64,000 bases of DNA from Prasinococcaceae sp. CCMP 1430. Lineage: Eukaryota; Plantae; Prasinodermophyta. The stretch lies in assembly GCA_013416795.1 (NCBI GenBank), contig RQSC01000001.1, positions 317,834 through 381,833 on the forward strand. Reading direction: 5' to 3'. The position numbers and the translations under genes are program-made. The notes below the pieces were generated by a model. That model saw nothing but the letters and a program-made list of their open reading frames with translations, did no database searches and was not told where the DNA came from. Shown piece by piece: positions 20,701-30,465 of the stretch; position 1 is the stretch's first letter; each line of letters starts with the position of its first letter.

Positions 20701-22497
20701 ATGGCTGCGGGGGCGGACGCGGGCGCGGTGGCGCCCGGCGCGCTGCGCGAGGCCGTGCGCGCGGTGCTGCGCAAGGTCGAGTCGCTCGACGACGCGACCG
20801 ACGAGCACGTGCGCGCGGCGGCGGAGCAGGCGCTCGGCCTGGCGAAAGGGGCGCTCGACAGCCGTCAGGCGGAGATAGACGAAACCATGGACGACTGGCT
20901 TGTGTCCGACGAGGCGGAGCTGGTCCAAGCCAAGCAGCTGGGACAGCAGCGCCAGGCTCCGATGGAACAGCAGCCAGCCGTGGTGGCCTCCGCGGAGCCC
21001 GTGCCCGAGACGCAGCCAGTTCCCCACGCGGCAGCCCCTGAGGTGCCTGCAGCGCCGAGCCCGCAGGCAGAGGCGTTGCCGCAGGCCCAGCAGGCAGCCC
21101 CGCCCCGCTCGCCGCAGCAGGAGTTTGCGGCGGCGATTGGCTCGCAGCTTCCGGGCGCGTCTGCAGGCGCTTCTGCAGGGGCCGCCACCGACATTGGCAG
21201 CGGAAGGAGAGCTGGTCTCGACGACGGCAGTGCGCCAATGTTCGGCAGCGCCGAATTTCTCGGCTCCAAGTCGGCAACGAAACGGCGCCGTCCCACGGCA
21301 AGGACCAAACCGAGCACGAGCCGCGCCGGTGGGAGCGCCTCCGCCGTCCGCCCGAGCTCTGTCGCGCAGCGCCGGCGAACGAGCGGCTTCATGCAGCTGC
21401 TGCTGCTGAAGCTCCTCTCTCTGCGCCTACCCCTCCTTCTCCTGCTCCTCCTACTTCTGATGCTAACGCGTTGCTGTGGCCTCCAGTCAGACGATGATGG
21501 CCTCGGGCTGGACGACGAAGGCGACGACGGTGGTGTGCCCGCGAAGCGCAAGGCGAAGAAGCCAAAGAAGACGACGCAAACAGTCCGCGCGTCTAAATCT
21601 GCCGCATCGACGTGGAGCAAGCCCCGTGCTCCAGCCTCGTCCGCCGGCGCTGCAACCTTGGCGGCAACGCCAATGCCAGGAGGCGCAGGAAACGTCGCGC
21701 TCGCAGCGGCAACCGCTCCGCTACCGGTGGACGCACCGCTGGATGAGCGCGTCGTCGCGGTATTGGGCGCCGCAGCTGCGCCCATGAGCGCGGCGGAGCT
21801 CGCGAGGAAGGTATCGAGCAAGAAGTCTGAGGTGAACTCCATCCTCTACAAGATGATGTCGCAGCGCAAAGTGGTCAAGCATGCTGGCGGTGGCGGCGCA
21901 CCAACCTGGTGTGTCCCCGGTGGGCCCTCGGTGGCCGCAGCCGCAGCCGCCCCGGGCGCGGATCTGCCTGCAGCTATCCAGGCGCCAACCGGCGGCGGCC
22001 AGTCCGCGCATCCCCTTGCTGGTGGCGTCTCCACAGCTGGCCTGGAGAGCAGCGGAAGGGAGCCGCCACCAGAGATGGACGGCGATACGAACATCGCCGA
22101 CCTTGGCCGGCTGCGCTTTTTACGCGTGCGGACGTACGGGGGCAAGCCTTTGGCAGACATCCGCGAGTTCTACGACAAAGAGGGCAAACTCGCACCCGGC
22201 AGGCGTGGCGTTTCACTCACCGCGCCGCGCTGGGAGGCGCTGCGAGCAAACGTGGAACAGATCGATGCGGCTGTCGCCGCGCCAACAGCCGAGGACAACG
22301 TCGTATGCCAGCTGGACGCCAAGTTCCGCGTGTCCGTGCGCACGTACAACTCGAAGCTGCTGGTCGACATCAGGGAGACCTATGAGAAGGACGGCCAGAC
22401 TCTGCCTGGCAAAAGAGGCATCGCCCTCTCTCCCGAGCAGTGGGCCGTCGTGCGGGATTCTATGGACGCTGTGGACCAGGCCATCGCAAAGCTGTAG
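20701..22497 (+). CDS. KELP: KELP/PC4-family coactivator: DEK-C + Z-alpha-like winged helix + two PC4 (SUB1) domains; one probable intron at about 21329-21490
   Basis: DEK-C-like LREAVRAVLRKVESLDDATDEHVRAAAEQALG...IDETMDDWL. Z-alpha-like domain at 21740-21915. PC4 domains LADIREFYDKEGKLAPGRRGVSL and LVDIRETYEKDGQTLPGKRGIAL. The Leu-rich stretch is a pyrimidine-rich intron with a GCTAAC branch point read through in frame. Confidence 0.85.
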   Translation: MAAGADAGAVAPGALREAVRAVLRKVESLDDATDEHVRAAAEQALGLAKGALDSRQAEIDETMDDWLVSDEAELVQAKQLGQQRQAPMEQQPAVVASAEPVPETQPVPHAAAPEVPAAPSPQAEALPQAQQAAPPRSPQQEFAAAIGSQLPGASAGASAGAATDIGSGRRAGLDDGSAPMFGSAEFLGSKSATKRRRPTARTKPSTSRAGGSASAVRPSSVAQRRRTSGFMQLLLLKLLSLRLPLLLLLLLLLMLTRCCGLQSDDDGLGLDDEGDDGGVPAKRKAKKPKKTTQTVRASKSAASTWSKPRAPASSAGAATLAATPMPGGAGNVALAAATAPLPVDAPLDERVVAVLGAAAAPMSAAELARKVSSKKSEVNSILYKMMSQRKVVKHAGGGGAPTWCVPGGPSVAAAAAAPGADLPAAIQAPTGGGQSAHPLAGGVSTAGLESSGREPPPEMDGDTNIADLGRLRFLRVRTYGGKPLADIREFYDKEGKLAPGRRGVSLTAPRWEALRANVEQIDAAVAAPTAEDNVVCQLDAKFRVSVRTYNSKLLVDIRETYEKDGQTLPGKRGIALSPEQWAVVRDSMDAVDQAIAKL

Positions 22498-22577
22498 GTC
22501 GGGGGGTGAGAGCCGTTTCTGTACTTATTAGATGACTGCGCCTTGGCGCGTTCTGATGTATTGATATGATTGATCGC

Positions 22578-24413
22578 TCAGGCCGCGGGCACTGCCTTGC
22601 CCGCGTCGTCGGCGCCCCCAGCCTCTTCCTGCGCCCCCGGCGCCCTCGCCTTGCCCTCGCCTTCCGCGTCTTCGAGCGGCGGCTCAGGCGCCGTCGTTAT
22701 CTGCTGCCCGAAGCCCGCGATGGCGCCGAGCGCGGCGCCCGCCAGGATGAGCGTAAGCTCGTCCTGTTCAAAGATGGGATGCAACACGCGCTCGAACTCC
22801 TGGGGCGTCATGAGCAGCATCTTCTCGCGCATGACCTCCTTGAGGTCCAGCGTGTCGTCCACGTAGGCATGCAGAGGTTCGAGGTGGGGCTTGAGGCGCT
22901 CGACCATGCTGTCAACCACCTCCTCGACCACTGGTCCCGACGCCACCGCCCCGGCTCCGACCGCGGCAGCCTCGGCGGCGTTGCCGATGCCGAATCTGTT
23001 GGCCCCGCTGTTGAGGAACTCTTTCGTGTGCTGGCCCAGCACCTTCCGGAACTCGTCCTTGCTCTGGCCCTCGAGCATGGTCTCCCACATCTTGCGGCTG
23101 GTGAGCACGTTCTCCGCGAGATAATCGGAGAACGCAATGCTCACTTCATGCTGGCGCTTGAGAAACATGCCCTGGATCTCAAAGGGGCCAACCTGAACGG
23201 GCTCGACCGGCTCAAAGATGCACTTGAGAGCGAGCCAGTTCGTCGCGAAGCCCACGATGAGGCCACCGATGGTGAGCGTCCACGGGTTGTCGTAGAACAT
23301 CCACACAATCATCTGTATGACGCCCAGCAGGAAGCCGAACCACAGCCCGGAGTCGACCAGGAATTTGAGCTCAACGTCCCCGCAGCGCTGGAAGAGCTCG
23401 ACGAGCACCCTTTTGTCCTCGCACATGGCGCAGACAACCAGCTCCTTGAGGTCGAGCGTCGTGTCGACGACCTTTTGCAGTGCCGTCGTAAACCCCGCCA
23501 CATACGCGTCCTGCGCGGCACGCAGCGCGTCGAGGACGTAGGCTGGCAGCGCGGGCAGGCCGCCCGCGGCGATGTCCACCGCGAACTCAGGCACGCCACG
23601 AAGGCCGCGCGCGACCTCCTCGGCGAGCAACGGCACCTCCGGTCGCAGCAGGCGCGCGACCTCGTCGGGGTCAAGCCGACCGAAAACCTCCCGCACGTCA
23701 ATGAGCTTCGCGGTAACCATCGACACCATGTCGAAGCTCATTTGCGCCGCCTTGGCGGGCACGATGCCCTGCCAGCCAACCAACCCCAGTGGTTCCAGCA
23801 CCGCGCAGCCGTACATGCTGCCGCTGATGAACTGCTTGATGGGCACGCCCATGAAGCTTAGCGGGTAGAATATCATCTGCACCGCGAGCCAGTTCGTCAC
23901 CCACCCGACGGCTGCCGCGACCAGCGGAATGATGAGAGCGCCGCGCGGGTTGCGCCAGAACTTGCGCAGCGCGAGCTCCGTGCGGTGGCTTGCGAAGCGC
24001 CTCACGGCCCCTGCCGCGCCGAGCACCCGCAGCACGAGGTTCAGCGGTGGTGGCATGCGCGGCCCGCGCGCGGCGGCAGCGTGGACGGTGCTGCCCTCAC
24101 CGCCTGCGCTGGCGCCAGCACCCCCCTCTGCAGCGTCTGACCTCAGCACGCCATCCTCCCGTGCCGCTTCGCCATCGCCGCTCACGCCAACGTCGCCCCG
24201 TGCTCCTGCCGCCCCGCGCGCGGCGCGGCGGGGGCGCTCGACCGCCGCTGGAGCGCGCACCCACCTTCCCCGAGCCTCAGCCCGCCACCTTTCCCCTCCC
24301 AACCCCTGGCCCCGCGGGCGTAGCGGGCGGAGGGCGCCTGCGAGCGCGAGTGCGGCGCGGTGGCCGGCGGCACGCGTGATGGCACCGGACGACGAGAGGG
24401 CCAGCGAGGACAA
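22578..24413 (-). CDS. DUF445-like integral membrane protein (start codon uncertain; first in-frame ATG is 24056)
   Basis: LIIPLVAAAVGWVTNWLAVQMIFYPL, repeated later as LIVGFATNWLALKCIFEP. C-terminal FERVLHPIFEQDELTLILAGAALGAIAGFGQ. The upstream region reads like a transit peptide. Confidence 0.75.
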   Translation of the reverse strand: MSSLALSSSGAITRAAGHRAALALAGALRPLRPRGQGLGGERWRAEARGRWVRAPAAVERPRRAARGAAGARGDVGVSGDGEAAREDGVLRSDAAEGGAGASAGGEGSTVHAAAARGPRMPPPLNLVLRVLGAAGAVRRFASHRTELALRKFWRNPRGALIIPLVAAAVGWVTNWLAVQMIFYPLSFMGVPIKQFISGSMYGCAVLEPLGLVGWQGIVPAKAAQMSFDMVSMVTAKLIDVREVFGRLDPDEVARLLRPEVPLLAEEVARGLRGVPEFAVDIAAGGLPALPAYVLDALRAAQDAYVAGFTTALQKVVDTTLDLKELVVCAMCEDKRVLVELFQRCGDVELKFLVDSGLWFGFLLGVIQMIVWMFYDNPWTLTIGGLIVGFATNWLALKCIFEPVEPVQVGPFEIQGMFLKRQHEVSIAFSDYLAENVLTSRKMWETMLEGQSKDEFRKVLGQHTKEFLNSGANRFGIGNAAEAAAVGAGAVASGPVVEEVVDSMVERLKPHLEPLHAYVDDTLDLKEVMREKMLLMTPQEFERVLHPIFEQDELTLILAGAALGAIAGFGQQITTAPEPPLEDAEGEGKARAPGAQEEAGGADDAGKAVPAA

Positions 24414-24503
24414 CTACGCGTGCTCGAACATGGCCCCCGTGGAGGAGCGGAAGGGGCAGTGGACGGAAGAGGAGGACATTCAGCTCCGCGAGCTCGTCGC
24501 CAA
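24378..24503 (+). pseudogene. Orphan exon encoding the first half of a Myb/SANT repeat
   Basis: MAPDDERASEDNYACSNMAPVEERKGQWTEEEDIQLRELVAK is followed by a GTGCGT donor. No clear continuation of the Myb repeat follows. Confidence 0.5.
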
Positions 24504-24914
24504 GTGCGTCGCGCCTCGCGGCGGCAGAGCGCCCGCCGAGCGACCCTGCTGCCGCCAGCGCTCGCCTGCGCGCGTTTTGTTTTGCCGCCCGCCCCGGCCG
24601 CAGGCCGGGCGGCGTGCGGCGCGGGCCGGGGCGGTGCGAGGCCGGCGGCCGCGGCTTCAGCCGCGCGGCGATCTGCGGCGCCGCGGGCCGCACCGCACGC
24701 ATCGCGACCGAGCGATCGCCCCCCGCCGCGCCCCCTGCTGAGGGGGGGAGGGAGGGGACCTGCGCTACCTGCTCCGCGCGCGCTGTGGCGCCCCCCCCCC
24801 CATCAAAACGCATTCGCAAGATTTGAAAATGAACCGTAACCGAGTGTCGAGTGTCACATCAGAATGAATTCAACATTGACAAGGTGTGCGAATCGACGCC
24901 AGAAAGGGCAGAAA

Positions 24915-25027
24915 TAGGGTTTAATCTACATAGGGTTTGTGTTGCGCAGTCGGTGTGTGCCGGTCGCGCTGCTCTTCGTCGATCTCATCGGGGTCGTACT
25001 CGGTTAGGGGACGACGAGGGTTAAGGG
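24915..25027 (+). promoter_or_regulatory. Cluster of telo-box-like motifs upstream of the ABC-F gene
   Basis: TAGGGTTTA at 24915, TAGGGTTT at 24931, TTAGGG at 25004 and GGGTTAAGGG at 25018, all 90-200 bp before the ATG at 25117. Confidence 0.5.
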
Positions 25028-25116
25028 TGAAATGGTGGATAGGGTCTGGTGCGGCGGCGGTTCGCGGCGGCCGGTCCGCCGGCGGAGGGTGTGGGCCGGG
25101 CGGCGCGGGGGTGGGT

Positions 25117-27286
25117 ATGGACGCGGAGCGCGCCGAGGCGCTCGCGCAACGCGTGCTGGAGGGGCCGCTGCGTGAGGCGGGCGCCGACGAAGAACTCTCG
25201 GAGTACGCCGTCGGCGCGGCGGCATCGGCGCTCGAGGAGGCGCTCGAGGACGGCGGCGGCGAGGACGAGGCGCGAGAGGCGCTCGCCGATGCGGTTGAGC
25301 CAATCCTCGAAGGCGCCGAGCTCGCAAACGCGGCGGATCTCTGCGCTGAGCTCGCGAGGCTGGCTGTGCGCGGCGAGGATGGGGACGACGGTGGTGCGAA
25401 CGGCAGCGCGGCAGAAGCGAACCCCAACGTTCTCGACCTTCGCAACATCATTCTCATGTTTGGCGGCCGCGTCCTGCTCAAGCGCTCCGACTTTGTGCTT
25501 CGTCGCGGCGGTGTGTATGCGCTCATCGGCCGCAACGGCGTGGGAAAGACGACGCTACTGACGCGGCTCGCCGCGCGTGACATCAATGGCTTCCCTCCTG
25601 CTGTGAGCTGCGCGTACGTCCAGCACGAGGTGCAGAGCGACCGCGACGTGACGGTGGCGGCGTACGCCCGCCGCAAGGCGGACTTGCTGCTCAAGGAGGA
25701 CCCGCTCGCCACGGCGGTCTCCGATGACGCGCTTGATGACGCGCTGCACGAAGTGGGCTTCGACGAGGGCGCAGGCACGCCGGACATGGACATGAAGGTC
25801 GCCGAACTGTCCGGTGGCTGGCGCATGCGCCTCGCGCTCGCGCTCGCCGTCGCACGAAAGGCCGATGTGCTCATGCTGGATGAGCCTACAAACCACCTGG
25901 ACGTCGAGGCCGTCGCGTGGCTTGTCGAGTGGATCAAGTCTCTCGAGGATACGACCGTGCTGATCGTCTCGCACGACGTGCCCTTCATGAGCAAGACTGT
26001 CGACAACGTCATTCACTTCCACGACCTCACGCTTGACTTCCACGAGAAACCCTTCGCGCAGTTCCACGCGGAGAAACCCGACGCGCAGGAGGGCATCGAG
26101 GGCGCCACCGGCGGTGGCGGTGGAGGCGCCCACGGCAAGTCCACCATGAGCCGGGAGGACCAGATGGCTGAGCGCGACACGCCGGTTTTCAAGTTCCCGC
26201 ACCCCGGCCCCCTCGACGGCATCAAGCGGCGCACGCAGCCCGTTGTGAAGCTCACCGGCGTGACGTTCCAGTACGAAGGCGCATCAAAGGCCTCCCTCAA
26301 GAATGCGACCGTGCGCCTGCCGCTCGGGGCACGCGTGGCCATCGTCGGCCCCAACGGCGCGGGCAAGAGCACGCTCCTCAAGCTGATGGTGGCTGAGCTC
26401 GAGCTCGTGAGCGGCGCCCGGGGCGCTTGCCGTGGCGAGATCTGGCGGCATACCAGCTTGCGCGTGGCGTACGTCGCGCAGCATTCGATGCACCACCTAG
26501 AGAAGCAGATGGATGAAACCCCTGTGGGATACATCATCCGGCGCTACGGGCGTGGAGTGGACAAAGAGGCGCTGAACAAGGTTGCGGCCAAGCTCACCGA
26601 GGACGAGGAGGCGATGCGCACTAGACCGGGGCAGGTGAGTGCCGTCGTGGGGCGGCGCATGACCGCGGGGCTTCTCATGTACGAACTGACCAAGGCAGGT
26701 CGACCGGAGGACCGCACCGACTGGGAGCCCGTGGTGAGCATCGAGCGCATGCCGGCGTACGTCATGAAGCTCTGCAGGGGATACGACGAGACTATGAAGG
26801 TCCGTGGCCGAGCGCGCCCACGCGCGCATTCCGGCGCGCGTTCCACACAGCCGCAGCTGACACGTGCGCTTTGTACATACCGCATGGCTCTCTCTTCCGC
26901 GCACGCGCACGTCGCGGGCCCAGGCCATCCAAGGCGGCGCGGAGGTGCGCCCTCTGGACACCAATGAGGTCAAGGCGCACTTGCTCGACTTTGGCATCGG
27001 AAAGAGGATCTGCTCCGAGCCCATCCGCCAGCTGTCGGGCGGGCAGCGATCGCGGCTGCTCATCGCCGCCGCGCTTTGGAACAAACCGCACTTGCTGGCT
27101 CTGGATGAGCCCACCAACTACTTGGACAAGGAGTCCATGGCTGGCCTCGCGCTTGCGCTACAGAAGTTCGCGGGTGGCGTCATCGTCGTGAGCCACAACC
27201 AAGGCTTCTTCGAGGCCGCGGGGCTTGAGGAGTGGCACGTTGAGCAGGGCGTCGTCACGCTGCCGGAGACGCGCACCGTCAAGTAA
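25117..27286 (+). CDS. ABC-F/eEF3-like translation ATPase with a chromodomain-like insert in ABC2 and no HEAT region, 2 exons
   Basis: Walker A motifs GRNGVGKTT and GPNGAGKST, signatures LSGGW and LSGGQ, Walker [10 protein letters not shown] and LDEPTNYLD. eEF3-like insert [18 protein letters not shown]...[11 protein letters not shown]. Intron 26800-26923 (phase 0). Confidence 0.9.
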
Positions 27287-27486
27287 GGCGGTGCGACGCT
27301 TTGTTTATAACAAATCATGTTTGGCGCCTGCGGTTGTCGGCAAGAGCAAACAGACAGACTACACGGTGGCAGCCGCGGGCTCCGGCGTGGCAACCTCGTG
27401 CGCACGTGCAATACCGTGCGCGACGATGGCTGCGTACCCGCCCCCCCCCCCCCTCCCTTTTCTGGTTGCCTCGCTCTAGCGGGCGC

Positions 27487-29756
27487 CTACATCTTGGGGC
27501 GCGTGCGCATGGTGGCGCCAGCGTCCGCGATGGAGATGCCCCTCGCAGCAGCCTGCTTGAGGAGCGCGCAGGGTTCGAAGAAGCCCTTGTGCTGTGGGCA
27601 GCGATGCGCCCACATCTCGAGCGTGTCAACGATGCGCTTCGCGCCGACGGTGTCTGCGTACTTGATGATGCCGCCTTTATGTGCCGGGAAGCCCATCGAG
27701 AGGACGGTGGCAATGTCGAGGTCGGCAGCCTTGTCCACCACGCCTTCGGCCAGCACGCGCGCGGACTCGTTGACCACCGGGAAAAAGATGGCCTCCTGGA
27801 TCTCCTCGGGGGAGAGCGACGGCACCGGCGGCAGGTTGGCAGCCGACCGCGACGCCGCGAGAAAGGGCGCGATGCCTTCCGGGTCGGGGTCGGCCTTGCG
27901 GCCCTTGCCGTACTTATAGAATCCCGTCTTGGTGGTCTCGCCAAGGCGCTTGGCGTCCACCATCGCGGGAACGATGCCGTTCGTGTACGAGCGCTCCGGG
28001 TAATTGTCTGTGAACTCCTTGCCGACGTGCATGGTGGTTGCCATGCCCACCAGGTCGTTCAGGCGCAGCGGGCCCATTGGCATGCCAAAGCCCTGTCCAG
28101 GGCCGATGGCCTTGTCGATGGCGTACGGGTCGACGCCCATATCGATGAGCATCATGGCGGCCTGGCCGTACGGGAAGAAGACGCGGTTGACGGCGAAGCC
28201 GGTGCAGTTGCCCACCACCACCGGCACCTTCTTGGTGGCCTTGGCGAAGGCAATGGCGTCGAGCAGCACCTGCGGCGAGGTGGTGTCCGTGCGCACGATC
28301 TCGAGCAGCGGCATGACGTGCGCGGGCGAGAAGTAGTGCAGGCCGCACACGCGCGAGCGCGCCTCGGGAATAAGCTTGGACACAAGGTCGATGTTGATGG
28401 TCGACGTGTTGGTCGCGAGGATGCAGTCCTTGCGGGTGTTATCGCACAGCTCCTTGAAGATCTTCTGCTTGAGGGGGATGGCCTCCACGGCGGCCTCGAT
28501 GACGCAGTCGACCGTGCCAAACTTGCCGTAGTCGACGGTGCCCACCACGAGCTTCATGGCGGCCTCGAAGGCGTTGGGAGTCATGCGCCCCTTCTTGACG
28601 CGGCTGAAGAGGTTGGCGCGGACCCGCGCGACGCCCGCCTCCATTGCCTTCTTGTTGATTTCCTTGAGTAGCACCTTAATGCCCACGAGGACGCACGAGG
28701 TGGCGATGCCGCTGCCCATGAGGCCGCCGCCGACGATGCCCACCCTCTTGAACGGGCGCGGCTCGAGGCTGCGATCGGTGACGCCGGGCACCTTGGACGT
28801 CGCGCGCTGCGAGAAGAAGACGTGCACGAGCGCCTTGGCGGTGTCCGAGGCGAGCACTCGCATGAACACCTCGCGCTCCTTGTGCAGTCCCGCGTCGCCG
28901 CCGTTGACAGCGCCCTCCTCGATGGCGTCGAGGCAGAGGAGCGGGTGCTCGACCCCCTTGGGCGCCTTCTTCATGGTCTGCGCGCGGACAAAGCCCACGA
29001 TCTGTTTGGCCTGCTCGGGCGGCTCGATCTTGTCGACGCGCGCGAGCGTGCGCGGGAAGTCGCCGCCGGCGGCGAGCTCGAGCGCGAGCTCCGTGGCCGC
29101 GTTGAGTGTCTCTCCCTTGGGCACGATCTTGTCTACGAGGCCGAGCTCCTTGGCCATCTCCGCCTTGACGGGCTTAGAGCTGAGTATCATCTTGCACGCC
29201 GTCGGCAGGCCCACCAGGCGCGGCAGGCGTTGTGTGCCCCCGAAGCCCGGGATGACGCCCAGGTTGAGCTCGGGGAGGCCGAAGAGCGCGCCCGGCGCCG
29301 ACACGCGCGCGCAGCACGCCATGGCGAGCTCGCAGCCTCCGCCCAGCGCGAGCCCCTCCACAGCGGCCACCACGGGCTTTGGCGAGTTCTCCACAAGGCG
29401 GGTCATCAGCCCCGAGCCGTCGGGCACGGCGTCGAGCGAGCCCCGCTGGGCGGCGGCGATCGCCGTGATGTCGAAGCCGCCGGAAAACTTGCCCTGCGGG
29501 GCGCGCGCGGGAAGGGCGGCACGTCAGCGCCGATCGCGCCAATCGCGCACATGTCGGCGCGCGCGCGCGCGTGCGCGCGTGCCTTGTCGCCCTTTATGAC
29601 GATGGCGCGCACGCTGCGGTCGGCGTGCGCCTTTTTCAGGCACGCCTCGAGGTCGCGCAGCAGCGCGACGGCGAGCGCGTTGACGGGCGGGTTGCGCAGC
29701 GTGACGACGGCCACGCCCGAGAGCGGCTGCACCTCGAGCGACGCGCTCGCGCTCAT
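27487..29756 (-). CDS. MFP: Peroxisomal fatty-acid beta-oxidation multifunctional protein (AIM1/MFP2-like), 2 exons
   Basis: Hydratase motifs NPPVNAL, FSGGFDI, ALGGGCEL and PGFGGTQRLPRLVG. Dehydrogenase motifs GGGLMGSGIA, LATNTST, GLHYFSPAHVMPLLE and GNCTGFAVNR. C-terminal PKM is PTS1-like. Intron 29582-29494 has a GC donor. Confidence 0.95.
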
Positions 29757-30465
29757 GGCAGCCGGCGAGCGGGATCCGCCTGCGCCGTGTAAGCAGGGAG
29801 GGAGGGTTGAGAAGGGAAAGGGGCGGGGGGGCACAGGGAGGAGGGAGGGCTGGCAGCGCGCGGCACGCGCGCGCTGTGGCGCCATCGGGGATCGCCCCGC
29901 GGAGCAGGCGGCGGCCGCGCGCCGCCGCCCCCAACCCCAACCCTCTCCGCTGATTTTCCTCATCACATGTCATTCATGATCGCGTGCGCCGACATGATGG
30001 AGTCCATGCTGGCGCAGGAGTTCCGCGCCCCTCCGCCGCCGCCGCCGCCCCCCTCCCCCTGCTCACGGTGCTCCTCGAGGGACCCTGCCACGTCAGCGCC
30101 TGCTGCACCAAAAACACACAACAGCAAAAAAAAACGTTTTCCGCGCATTTTTGCCGGAAGCCGGCACGCCGGGTCAGATTCTGGGCAAGTATCCGCTTCG
30201 ACAGCGTCGGGGGCTGCGCCCTCGGATGCGTTGTCGGTATCTATTTCGTGCCAGGGTCGCCAGACCCGTAGGCGGGAGGAAAAACCGTCGAAAATCAAAA
30301 TCAAAAAGGCATACTGTAAGCCCTAAATTTGATGTGGATTGAATTTCAGAAATGTGTATGAATATGCGAATCCGCGTGTTTGTAATGTGTTTTGAAATTG
30401 TAGTGATTAAACGGCGGGGATGGAAACGCGTGTGATCGTGATCCACGCGCAGCGGCGGTGCGGCG

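Noticed and set aside
21390-21486. Poly-Leu stretch in KELP that looks like a transmembrane helix
   Set aside because: It is a pyrimidine-rich intron 3' region (GCTAAC branch point, CAG acceptors) read through in frame.
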